Positions 34,865-43,484 of a DNA stretch of 64,000 nucleotides are shown piece by piece. Both the position numbers and the translations under genes were made by a program. The notes under the pieces are model-generated. The model was not told the DNA's origin and ran no database searches. It worked only from the letters and a program-made list of their open reading frames with translations. Every line of letters begins with the position of its first letter. Position 1 is the stretch's first letter. The stretch is from Patescibacteria group bacterium. Its GTDB lineage: Bacteria > Patescibacteriota > UBA1384 > UBA12157 > JAENIV01. The stretch spans positions 36,524 through 100,523 of the forward strand of contig JBEKTP010000002.1 of NCBI GenBank assembly GCA_049515915.1. Reading direction: 5' to 3'.

Positions 34865-36382
34865 TTATTCCCATTCCATCGTGGCCGGCGGTTTATTGGT
34901 AATATCATAAACAACACGATTGATAGCGGGGATTTCATTGGTAATTCGGGTCGAGATTTTTTCTAAAATCGGATAAGGAATCTTCGAAAAATTAGCGGTC
35001 ATCGCATCTTCTGATTCAATAATCCTTAAAACAATTGGGTGTTTATAGCTTCGCTCATCGCCTTGAATACCCACACTTTTAACTGGCAAAAGCACGGCAA
35101 AACTCATCCAAATCTTCTGCCAGTAGGGACTTTCGCGGAGTTCTTCCTCAATAATTCGGCCGGCCTCTCTTACAATTTTCGCTTTTTCTTGAGTGACTTC
35201 TCCTACAATCCGAACCGCCAGACCTGGGCCAGGAAAAACCTGCCGGCTTAATAATTCATGAGGAAGTTTTATTTGCCGAGCAATTGCTCTGACCTCATCT
35301 TTATACAGATCCTTCAACGGCTCATAAATTTTTAATTTTAAATTAGGGGGCAATCCGCCCACATTATGATGAGACTTTATACTTGAGGAGTTCTTGGTTA
35401 TTCCGCTTTCAATGCGATCTGGATAAATTGTTCCCTGAATAAGATAAGTAGCCTTAAGAGTCCGGGCGATTTTTTCAAAAATTTTAATAAAAAGATGACC
35501 AATGATTTTTCTTTTCAGCTCGGGTGAAGCGACCCCTTTTAGCTTTTTAAAATATTGGTGGCTGGCATCAATAATCACCAGTTTTAGATCAAAATGCGAG
35601 AAGATTTTCTTGAAATTTTCCGTTTCACCGTAACGCATCAAACCAGTGTCAACATAAACCGCAGTTAAATTTTTGCCGATGGCTTTACTGACCAAAATGG
35701 CAGCTACCGAAGAATCAATGCCGCCGGAAAGACCAATAATCGCTTTTTTGTTCTTTAAGATAGTTTTTGCTTCTAAAATGATCGCCGTTTTGTTTATCAG
35801 GAGATTTTTTTTAGATTTAATCTTACAAATGCCCACAAAATTTTTAAGGATTTCCTGGCCAGCTTTCGTGTGGGTGACCTCTGGATGAAATTGGACCCCG
35901 TAGATTTTTTCGATCGTATTTTCAATCGCCGCCATTTTGGTCTTATCTGTTTTGGCGACGATTTTAAAATCTTTTGGTAATCTTTCGACAACGTCGCGAT
36001 GGTTCATCCAGACATTCTGCTCCGGTTTTAAACCCCTAAATAAATCACTTTTAACATCTAATTTTAATTTGGTCGGACCATATTCGCCCGCTTTGCCCGG
36101 ACTCACCTTCCCACCTAAAATATGGGCGATTAACTGATGACCATAACAAATACCCAGCACCGGCAGTTTTGCCTGAAGTATCTTTTTGGTCACAACCGGC
36201 GCATTTTTAGCGTAAACCGAATAAGCCCCGCCGGAAAGGATAATTCCTTTAAAATTTTTTAAACTTTCCAAGGTAATCTTATCTGCAGACACAATAGAAT
36301 TTTCAATTCCAAGGTCTCTTAGACGACGGGCAATGAGATGACAATATTGGCCACCGAAATCGATTATAATAATTGTTTCCAT
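34865..36382 (-). CDS. guaA: GMP synthase (glutamine-hydrolysing)
   Basis: Class I GATase motif GICYGHQL; PP-loop SGGIDSSV; C-terminal dimerisation domain. Confidence 0.9.
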   Translation of the reverse strand: METIIIIDFGGQYCHLIARRLRDLGIENSIVSADKITLESLKNFKGIILSGGAYSVYAKNAPVVTKKILQAKLPVLGICYGHQLIAHILGGKVSPGKAGEYGPTKLKLDVKSDLFRGLKPEQNVWMNHRDVVERLPKDFKIVAKTDKTKMAAIENTIEKIYGVQFHPEVTHTKAGQEILKNFVGICKIKSKKNLLINKTAIILEAKTILKNKKAIIGLSGGIDSSVAAILVSKAIGKNLTAVYVDTGLMRYGETENFKKIFSHFDLKLVIIDASHQYFKKLKGVASPELKRKIIGHLFIKIFEKIARTLKATYLIQGTIYPDRIESGITKNSSSIKSHHNVGGLPPNLKLKIYEPLKDLYKDEVRAIARQIKLPHELLSRQVFPGPGLAVRIVGEVTQEKAKIVREAGRIIEEELRESPYWQKIWMSFAVLLPVKSVGIQGDERSYKHPIVLRIIESEDAMTANFSKIPYPILEKISTRITNEIPAINRVVYDITNKPPATMEWE

Positions 36383-36849
36383 TTTTACCTTTCTTACAAG
36401 GGTCTTTTCGTAAGATTAACATATCGATACCTTTTTTCAAGCCAAACCTTTCGACAATTCTCAGGGTAACTTCTCAATAAACTCGAAATAAAACAAAAAG
36501 AGCGATCGAGAATGACCCAATATTATTTTAAATTAATGATCATCTGTCGCTCTTTTTGATACTACCGTCTCGATGTTGCTGCAAACATCGACAAACCATT
36601 GGCAAACGAGTGCATCCTACCATCCTAAAATAAGATAGTAAGAAAAAGTTCACCAATCTTGCCGTATGATGCTAAGGTGCAATTGTTCCCTTTTGTCTTT
36701 GTTTCCCCTCTTTGCAGAATAATGCGAATATCAGTTAATAACTAAAAAACGGCAAGAAGAAAGTGTTTGAGTTTCTCTCCAGCACTTACCTCTCGTCGCT
36801 TCTTCCCCTCCTTGTTAAAGTACTTTTGATTTTCTGAATCAATCATAAC

Positions 36850-36878
36850 ATGGAAATTTTGGCTTGTCAAGCGTCGAA
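36850..36878 (-). promoter_or_regulatory. strong sigma-70-like promoter TTGACA-17-TATGAT on the minus strand, ~460 nt upstream of guaA
   Basis: Hexamers and spacer read from the reverse complement of 36850-36878. Confidence 0.4.
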
Positions 36879-36937
36879 TCTGTAAGGGCCCACTTGACAA
36901 ACATAAAATCTAGATTAAGATATCACAATTTTATCTG

Positions 36938-36971
36938 TTTAAAAACAACTGGCCGCGTCATCGACGCGGCC
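36938..36971 (-). terminator. rho-independent terminator for the 36995..37537 gene
   Basis: Perfect 9-bp stem GGCCGCGTC/GACGCGGCC with a 3-nt loop, followed on the minus strand by AGTTGTTTTTAAAC. Confidence 0.5.
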
Positions 36972-36994
36972 ATTCGAACCGTTCGGGCGTGGCT

Positions 36995-37537
36995 TCACGC
37001 TGCTACCGCCCGAGAATTGTCTTCGAGAATCCACACCATGAGAGCAGTCCAGTGCAGTTGGTCAGCCAGGTCGTCGCAAGTTCTGTAGAGCAGAACGGGT
37101 TCTGCCTCCTCTGCAAATTCGTAACGTCGAACCCCATAAGGACTATCATCGTCCAGCCGGACGTGATCGAGTAGCATCTTGATAAGTCTTGGCCACTCGA
37201 TCGGGAAAGTTGTTCGGCTCGACTCGGGCAAATCGTAATCTTCGATTAGTAACAGGCGATCAACGTCGAGACGCAGAGCGCTGCAGTTACCGACGCCATC
37301 CTTCGTATAGACGGTCAGAGCTTGGCTAGCAGCAAGCCGAAAGAGAATCTCGGAAAGCTTCATCCGCGCAACCAGCATTCGCCGGGCTTTTCGGCACCGG
37401 TCAACTAACTTAACGAGCTGCGCCATTGCCATTAGCAGCCATACTGCCAACAGAGCCAGACCGATTTTCATCCGCGCTCCTCCCGCTTGTTTGACCGAAA
37501 AAGCCAAGGACGTGCTCGCCGAAGGGCTCGCCATCAA
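36995..37537 (-). CDS. hypothetical membrane protein in a GC-rich island
   Basis: 180-aa ORF with a hydrophobic N-terminus; its first ~40 codons overlap the preceding ORF in another frame. Confidence 0.35.
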   Translation of the reverse strand: MMASPSASTSLAFSVKQAGGARMKIGLALLAVWLLMAMAQLVKLVDRCRKARRMLVARMKLSEILFRLAASQALTVYTKDGVGNCSALRLDVDRLLLIEDYDLPESSRTTFPIEWPRLIKMLLDHVRLDDDSPYGVRRYEFAEEAEPVLLYRTCDDLADQLHWTALMVWILEDNSRAVAA

Positions 37538-37952
37538 TCATCGGCAAGACCAACGAGCCCAAAAGTGAACCATAGCCGAGCAAGAAAAGAAGGACGACAC
37601 CAACCGCTGATTTCTTCTCTTCGCCAAAGAAGATCGGAATAGCCAAGAGACCACAGACGAGCCAGCTGAGGGCGAGGATGACCCGAAACCAGATCGCCTC
37701 ATACGGCAGTCGGAACCGACCGAAGAGGACGACCGACTCGACGATCAAGGGTAGTACGAAGAGCAGCGCAAACCACCAAAGAGCATGACGACGGTGACGG
37801 GCCTTTTCATCATCTTTTTGGCGCCGATCACTCACTCTTCTCTGAGCAGCCGAATCCATGATTTCCTCCCGACGAGACATAATGGCGCGGTCTTCTACAA
37901 ACGAACTCATCGCTCCTACTCTCTGCTTATTACAGACGAAACAAAATTGCAA
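37410..37952 (-). CDS. hypothetical membrane protein in a GC-rich island
   Basis: 180-aa ORF with three or four TM helices; low-complexity C-terminus overlaps the next ORF. Confidence 0.35.
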   Translation of the reverse strand: MQFCFVCNKQRVGAMSSFVEDRAIMSRREEIMDSAAQRRVSDRRQKDDEKARHRRHALWWFALLFVLPLIVESVVLFGRFRLPYEAIWFRVILALSWLVCGLLAIPIFFGEEKKSAVGVVLLFLLGYGSLLGSLVLPMIDGEPFGEHVLGFFGQTSGRSADENRSGSVGSMAANGNGAAR

Positions 37953-37960
37953 GTGATATG

Positions 37961-37995
37961 CAAAAACCCCGTCGACAATGCCCCGGGGTTTTTGC
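37961..37995 (-). terminator. bidirectional rho-independent terminator downstream of RNase J
   Basis: AAAAACCCCG-N12-CGGGGTTTTT, a perfect 10-bp stem flanked by A and T runs. Confidence 0.6.
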
Positions 37996-38027
37996 TCTCT
38001 AACTATTTAATTATCCGACCATCTATT

Positions 38028-39749
38028 TTAAACTTCGATGATAACCGGAATAATCATTGGTTTACGTTCGGTTTCGGCGAAGAGAAAATCGCCGATTTCC
38101 TGGCGCAGCGACTTTTTAATATAATCCCAGTTGGCTGGATATTTTTCGTTATGACGGGCAAACATTTTTTTAACTTCTTGACGGGCTTTGTAAACCAAAT
38201 CTTCGCGCTCGCGCATGTAAATAAAGCCGCGCGAAATAATGTCCGGCGAAGTAATAATTTTACCGGTTTCGTGATCGACGGTTAAAATAACGACAAAAAT
38301 TCCGTCTTTGGCCATCGCCTGACGATCTCGAAGAACAATATTACCAACATCGCCAATCCCTAAGCCGTCCACTAAAACATAGGAAGCGTCGGCTTTTTCT
38401 TGAGAAAGTCGAGCCTTGCCATTTTGGATTTCTAAAATCTGACCATCTTCCATCACAAAGATATGATCTTCGGCAATCCCTAGCTCCTGGGCCAATCGGC
38501 CGTGCAAAACAAGATGCCGAAATTCGCCGTGAATGGGCATAAAATATTCCGGATGAACTGAACGAATAACTAAAGCTAGCTCATCACGTTTGGCGTGACC
38601 GGAAGAGTGAACTCTTTGAGATTCAGACCCGTAAAAGACATCCGCGCCGAGACGGAAAAGATTATTTAAATTATCTTGAACGGTTCGTTCATTGCCCGGA
38701 ATGGCGGAGGCGGAAATGACGACGGTATCGCCTTTTTTAATCTGGACCTGTTTATGTTCGCCGCTGGCCATCCGCGTTAAGGCCGAATATTCTTCGCCTT
38801 GAGAACCGGTGCAAAGAATCACGAGTTGATTGTCGGGAATGTGATTTAAGCGGCGGATATCCACCATAATATGGCGCGGCACTTTCAGATAGCCCAAATT
38901 CATGGCGATGTCGATGGCTTTATCCATCGAACGGCCCGAAACCGCCACTTTACGGTGAGCGCGCAAAGCGGCATTCAAAACTCCCTGAATACGATCAAGT
39001 GAGGAAGCAAAAGAGGTGACGACGATGCGGCCTTTGACCTTGCGAAAAATCGAGGTGATCGTATCATGAACAACGCTTTCCGAAATATGAGAGGTTTTAT
39101 ACTCGACATTGGTTGACTCCAAAAGTAAGAGCTTGACGTTCTGCTGACCGAGTTCTTTTAATCTCTCAATTACTAATCGAGTTTCTACCTTATTGGGGTC
39201 AAGGCGAAAGTCAGAAATATGGACGACTTTGCCTTCAGGAGTATCAATAATTAGACCAACGTCATCTAAGAAAGTGTGGGAAAAAGGCATAAATTCAATT
39301 TTAAAAACGCCTAACTGAATCTTGTCGCCTGGCTTGACGACCCGAATGTTGGGGGAAAGCTCATTTTCCTTCATTTTGGCGTCAATATAGCCGGCCGTCA
39401 GCTTCGTGCAATAAATCGGCGCTTGGATTTTCGGCCAAAGATAAGGAATCGCGCCGATGTGATCCTCGTGGCCGTGAGTAAAAATAATCCCTCGAATTTT
39501 ATTTTTTCTTTCTTCGAGATAAGAAATATTCGGAATAATATAATCAACGCCCAGCATTTCGCCGCGCGGGAACATAATGCCGACATCAACAATAATAATG
39601 TCGTCGCCGTATTCGTAGGCGGTCATATTCTTACCGATTTCGCCGTTACCGCCCAAAGGGATAACCCTCAATCGTGGTGTAAAGGCGCGGAAAATTTTGA
39701 TCGGTCGATTTTCCGTGTTGTTCTGGGGTAAAGTGGCAATGTTATTCAT
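38028..39749 (-). CDS. rnj: ribonuclease J (MBL / beta-CASP)
   Basis: HxHxDH motif FTHGHEDHIGAIPYL, beta-CASP motifs, C-terminal domain; 573 aa. Confidence 0.85.
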   Translation of the reverse strand: MNNIATLPQNNTENRPIKIFRAFTPRLRVIPLGGNGEIGKNMTAYEYGDDIIIVDVGIMFPRGEMLGVDYIIPNISYLEERKNKIRGIIFTHGHEDHIGAIPYLWPKIQAPIYCTKLTAGYIDAKMKENELSPNIRVVKPGDKIQLGVFKIEFMPFSHTFLDDVGLIIDTPEGKVVHISDFRLDPNKVETRLVIERLKELGQQNVKLLLLESTNVEYKTSHISESVVHDTITSIFRKVKGRIVVTSFASSLDRIQGVLNAALRAHRKVAVSGRSMDKAIDIAMNLGYLKVPRHIMVDIRRLNHIPDNQLVILCTGSQGEEYSALTRMASGEHKQVQIKKGDTVVISASAIPGNERTVQDNLNNLFRLGADVFYGSESQRVHSSGHAKRDELALVIRSVHPEYFMPIHGEFRHLVLHGRLAQELGIAEDHIFVMEDGQILEIQNGKARLSQEKADASYVLVDGLGIGDVGNIVLRDRQAMAKDGIFVVILTVDHETGKIITSPDIISRGFIYMREREDLVYKARQEVKKMFARHNEKYPANWDYIKKSLRQEIGDFLFAETERKPMIIPVIIEV

Positions 39750-39835
39750 TAAAACCTTTCAAGTTTTAGACAATCGAGATAAACCAGATAAACAAGTAGG
39801 CTTAGTTATCTGATTCTCTTGATTATCTCAGTTAT

Positions 39836-40402
39836 CTATTTTGCATCGATTTGACGCAAAATCTCTGGTATTTTTTTAAAGTCATCAATCATCGTATTTT
39901 TTAAGCTTTGCTGGTAAATGCCGGCGGCTGGGTGATACAAAAGCATGTAAACCTGACCGGCCTTTTTGTAAGCCTTGCCGTGAACCTCAGAGATTGATTT
40001 AATCTGAGGAAAAAATAATCTCATCGAGTGGCGGCCTAAAGTCACAATCAGTTTCGGCTTAATCAGCTTAATCTGATCGAAAAGATAATTACTGGTGCAA
40101 ACACCAACTTCTTCATCTAAAGGATCACGGTTGTTGGGCGGGCGGCATTTGACGACATTGGTAATAAAAACATCTTCCCTTTTGAAACCGGCCGCCGCGA
40201 GCATCTCATCTAAGAATTTACCGGCATCACCGACGAACGGCCGACCCATCTTATCTTCTGTTGAGCCGGGTCCTTCGCCGATAAAAAGAATTTGGGTCGA
40301 AGGATTGCCTTCGCCCGGCACGGCCTGAGTCCGCCCCCGATGAAGCGCGCATTTAGTGCATACCTTAACTTCTTGAGCGATTTCCTCTAACGTTCTCATC
40401 AA
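39836..40402 (-). CDS. udg: uracil-DNA glycosylase, family 4
   Basis: GEGPGSTEDKMGRPFVGDAGKFL motif A and CxxC iron-sulfur cluster ligands. Confidence 0.8.
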   Translation of the reverse strand: MMRTLEEIAQEVKVCTKCALHRGRTQAVPGEGNPSTQILFIGEGPGSTEDKMGRPFVGDAGKFLDEMLAAAGFKREDVFITNVVKCRPPNNRDPLDEEVGVCTSNYLFDQIKLIKPKLIVTLGRHSMRLFFPQIKSISEVHGKAYKKAGQVYMLLYHPAAGIYQQSLKNTMIDDFKKIPEILRQIDAK

Positions 40403-40592
40403 TCAAAAACTCCGTTTAGACCAATAGATGATTGGACAAATAGATGAAGATAGATTCAACTCTATTTCTCTAATAATCCATTAAACTCGCTAATCAGCGA
40501 TATTTTTTGAGATCCATTTCGATGTTGATTATATTATAGCACGAAATGGTTTTAATGTCAATGATGTTAAAAATGTTTTTTGGAAAGTGGAG

Positions 40593-40619
40593 CGCTGCCC
40601 TCGTCAGACGAGGGCAGCG
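40593..40619 (-). terminator. strong GC hairpin (11-13 bp stem) downstream of the 40638 gene
   Basis: CGCTGCCCTCGTC-AGA-GACGAGGGCAGCG; T run is weak. Confidence 0.35.
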
Positions 40620-40637
40620 CGTGGGGAAAGGCCGGCT

Positions 40638-40994
40638 TCACTTGACAGATTCTCGATGAGATTGCCACTGGATGTAGCCGGCGACCGACATGTAATTGGT
40701 GGCCTCCGTGAAAGGTACCAACTCGCCAACTGATACGAAACTCGCTCCGAGATCAGACGGTTTCCAGCCATTGACCGGATATATTGGCTGGAGCATGTAG
40801 CACTCCTTGACCTCAGCGTTGGTCCACCATGTCCCTGTGTTCTGGTGAACCCGCAATCGGAGATCACCTCCCAGCGACATGTAGTGAGACGCCGCCGTAA
40901 ACGGCTGGGCGGCCGGCGCGCATGGGTGTGTGGCCGCGTCAGCGACCGACACCACAATCACAAGAAGAACAACCAAAACAAGTACGACCCGCAT
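40638..40994 (-). CDS. small secreted W/Y-rich hypothetical protein in a GC-rich island
   Basis: Signal peptide MRVVLVLVVLLVIVVSVADA; the overlapping alternate frame 40604..40957 is Arg-rich junk. Confidence 0.4.
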   Translation of the reverse strand: MRVVLVLVVLLVIVVSVADAATHPCAPAAQPFTAASHYMSLGGDLRLRVHQNTGTWWTNAEVKECYMLQPIYPVNGWKPSDLGASFVSVGELVPFTEATNYMSVAGYIQWQSHRESVK

Positions 40995-41122
40995 CGGGAT
41001 CCTCCTGGGTACAACGATATCCGACGGATAAATATATCATAACGCGACCTGTTTGTCAATCATAGACATCAAAAAACGCCCCAGAAACTGAAATAGTTTA
41101 AGCGTTTTTTGAGCTTACCAAA

Positions 41123-41998
41123 TTATTGGAAATCTAAAGTGACCGACTTCGTTCCGCCCGATGTAATGGTTATGGTATAGGGCAGCGGACTGCCGTTAAC
41201 TAACTTAAGATTATAGGAACCGCCCGTCACCGTCGAGACTACATTGCCGCCGGTGATTTGATATGTTCCAACCGGCAAAGACAATGATATTGTCACCGGA
41301 CCAGGTTGGTTGCCTGAATAACGACCAATCCCAGTAAATTGATGTTCGCCGCTCGGAGAAAGATTGAGATTGACCGTGCAGACGCCGCCGGCATGGACAG
41401 CCATACACGCCATATCTCTCACCCCGTTAGCCGTCACATACAGCGATCCGCTAAGTGTGCCAGTGCCTGTACCGCCCGTGCCGCCAGTAGTACCAGTTGG
41501 CTGGAGCGCGAAATTTTGCGTCACAATAGAACCATTAGCCGCCTTTGGCCAACTCGCCCCACTAACTGTTTGGGCTGTATAGCCAGTCGCCGAAGCCGTA
41601 ATATTATAGGTAAAGACAATGGTTTTTTTTGTCGCTCTGACCGAGAATGGTCCATATTTCACATTAACACTATAAGTTGTGCTGGTTATCAGATTGAGAC
41701 TGTATGAGCCGTTAGTACCAGTTTTTACGGACTCATTTGTACCACTATAAAGACTGGTACTATTTGTGCATTGTACGGCCACGCCGGCACCGCTAATCGG
41801 TTTTTCTGTTACCTTGTTAGTCACTATGCCAGAAAGAACAGCGGTCGTACTGGAAACGCCCGGGCTAAGCGTTTGAGCCGAACTTACAATCGAGCCGTTG
41901 GCATAAGCCCACATGAAAGTCCCGACGGCCACCACAAAAACGCCGCCCAAAGTCCACAAGAGTGTTCTTGTTCTTTTGTTTTGAAGCCAATGATCCAT
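41123..41998 (-). CDS. secreted or membrane-anchored protein with CarboxypepD_reg-like beta-sandwich and G/T-rich linker
   Basis: N-terminal anchor, ISGAGVAVQCTNSTSLYSGTNESVKTGTNGSYSL fold signature, GGTGGTGTGT linker. Confidence 0.45.
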   Translation of the reverse strand: MDHWLQNKRTRTLLWTLGGVFVVAVGTFMWAYANGSIVSSAQTLSPGVSSTTAVLSGIVTNKVTEKPISGAGVAVQCTNSTSLYSGTNESVKTGTNGSYSLNLITSTTYSVNVKYGPFSVRATKKTIVFTYNITASATGYTAQTVSGASWPKAANGSIVTQNFALQPTGTTGGTGGTGTGTLSGSLYVTANGVRDMACMAVHAGGVCTVNLNLSPSGEHQFTGIGRYSGNQPGPVTISLSLPVGTYQITGGNVVSTVTGGSYNLKLVNGSPLPYTITITSGGTKSVTLDFQ

Positions 41999-42079
41999 TT
42001 TTCGCCTCCTTAAGAAACATTACCAAAAGATAATTCCTCTTGGATTACACATTTATTATGAATCGATGCCTTACCAATG

Positions 42080-42874
42080 TCAAATTTGAATCGCTAGAAG
42101 ATCTTTCGCCAAAATTACTTCGCCCTTGAAATATTTTTTGGCATCGGCTTTTGGGTTGTACTTTTGTAAATAAACCGGCGCTATGTGGGTGATGACCAGC
42201 TTTTTGACCCCATTTTCAGCGGCGAATTTCCCCGCCCGTGTGCCAGTAAAATGGGTTTTGGGATTAACTTCATCTGGCCAAGCGGCCTCGACAATAGCCA
42301 AATCAGCGTTCGCTATCGCCTTGGCCAATCCTTCTGATTCAACGCTGTCACCGGAATAAGCAAAGATTTTATTTTCTGATTCTAAACGATAACAAAACGC
42401 TTTAATATCAAGATTATGTTTAGCCAAAAATGACGAGACTTTAGTCTTATCGATTTCGATTCTTTCGCTGGCTGATAATTCTTTAATTTCCAGATTCTTA
42501 AGTTCTGGATTTTCGCCGATTATATCGACTATCTTTTTGATATTTTCTGATGTACTCGCTGGCCCAAAAATCTTCAAGGGTTTTTGGCGAACCGGCCACA
42601 AACCATGATCAGCCGGCGGCGAAATGGTGACCTGAAGTAAAGCGATTAAATCATTGATATGGTCGCCGTGCCAGTGAGAAATAAAAACCGCGTCAATTTG
42701 GTTGACATGGACTCCGATTTTTAAGAGTTGATCAACTGCCCCTCGTCCAAAATCAAAACAGAGATTTTGGCCATTTGTTTGAACCAAATATGTCGCCGAA
42801 TGTCTCTCCAACTCCGGTTGATAAGTTCCGCTACCCAATATTGTCAATTTCATATGGTTCCTTAATTTTGCCAA
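42080..42874 (-). CDS. MBL-fold metallo-hydrolase (RNase Z-like)
   Basis: LTILGSGT...HSATYL...IDAVFISHWHGDHINDL matches the RNase Z N-terminal pattern. Confidence 0.55.
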   Translation of the reverse strand: MAKLRNHMKLTILGSGTYQPELERHSATYLVQTNGQNLCFDFGRGAVDQLLKIGVHVNQIDAVFISHWHGDHINDLIALLQVTISPPADHGLWPVRQKPLKIFGPASTSENIKKIVDIIGENPELKNLEIKELSASERIEIDKTKVSSFLAKHNLDIKAFCYRLESENKIFAYSGDSVESEGLAKAIANADLAIVEAAWPDEVNPKTHFTGTRAGKFAAENGVKKLVITHIAPVYLQKYNPKADAKKYFKGEVILAKDLLAIQI

Positions 42875-42990
42875 GCACGCTATTTGAGATTTGTAAAGTA
42901 CGATAATTAAAATTTAAACTTTAATTATATCTTTACATTATTTTTAAACTTTGTTAAGCTCTGGCTAATTCCGCCACGGGAGAAAAAGCC

Positions 42991-43365
42991 ATGGCTTCTT
43001 TAGTCTCACGCGAGGACTACGAGCGTAGGGAGCTGGCTTCGGCCGCCGCCCTCGAGCTGGACAAAATCAGACTGGGTCAACTCGGCCAGATAAGAGGAAG
43101 CGTCGAGAAACTGGTCGCCTGGTTCGAAGAGAACTTCCGATCAGTCAGCCTGATCGAGCCAACCCAGACAGAATGTCTGTGGAAGGTCCTGACGAAGACA
43201 GGATATCTTTCGGAGAATGTCCAACAGATCGCTGATTTGATTGAGGCTGTTGGGCAAATCCAAATCATCCTGCGCGGGATCATCGCCGAACCCGTTTCCG
43301 CGCGGAAATCCATCCCCACGATCGAGAAGATGCGCGACTTCTGCCTCGCCCTCTGCCGCGCCTGA
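42991..43365 (+). CDS. hypothetical protein in a GC-rich island
   Basis: 124-aa ORF with high GC; no recognisable motif. Confidence 0.4.
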   Translation: MASLVSREDYERRELASAAALELDKIRLGQLGQIRGSVEKLVAWFEENFRSVSLIEPTQTECLWKVLTKTGYLSENVQQIADLIEAVGQIQIILRGIIAEPVSARKSIPTIEKMRDFCLALCRA

Positions 43366-43403
43366 CCGGCTAGGATTAGTATCTATTTTTGCATCGCCGA
43401 CCC

Positions 43404-43438
43404 AAAAGAGCCCTTGGCTTTCGCCTCGGGCTCTTTTT
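43404..43438. terminator. bidirectional rho-independent terminator between the island gene and pnp
   Basis: AAAAGAGCCC-N14-GGGCTCTTTTT, a perfect 10-bp stem with A and T flanks. Confidence 0.55.
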
Positions 43439-43484
43439 CGTATTATCTTTTTGTATTTTTGTACGATTTTGTAGTTCGTAGTCG

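Noticed and set aside
36960-37010. tRNA-like GGTTCGAAT motif (minus strand) near 36973
   Set aside because: No complementary acceptor, D or anticodon arms can be built around it; it lies inside the C-terminal codons and terminator of the 36995 gene.
36864-37088. Plus-strand 74-aa ORF spanning the guaA-upstream promoter and hairpins
   Set aside because: It crosses a strong hairpin and the start of the minus-strand island gene and has an Arg-rich off-frame composition.
40604-40957. Alternate-frame 117-aa ORF on the same strand as 40638..40994
   Set aside because: Arg/Ser/Thr-rich translation characteristic of the wrong frame in GC-rich DNA; it runs into the terminator hairpin; the other frame has a clean signal peptide.
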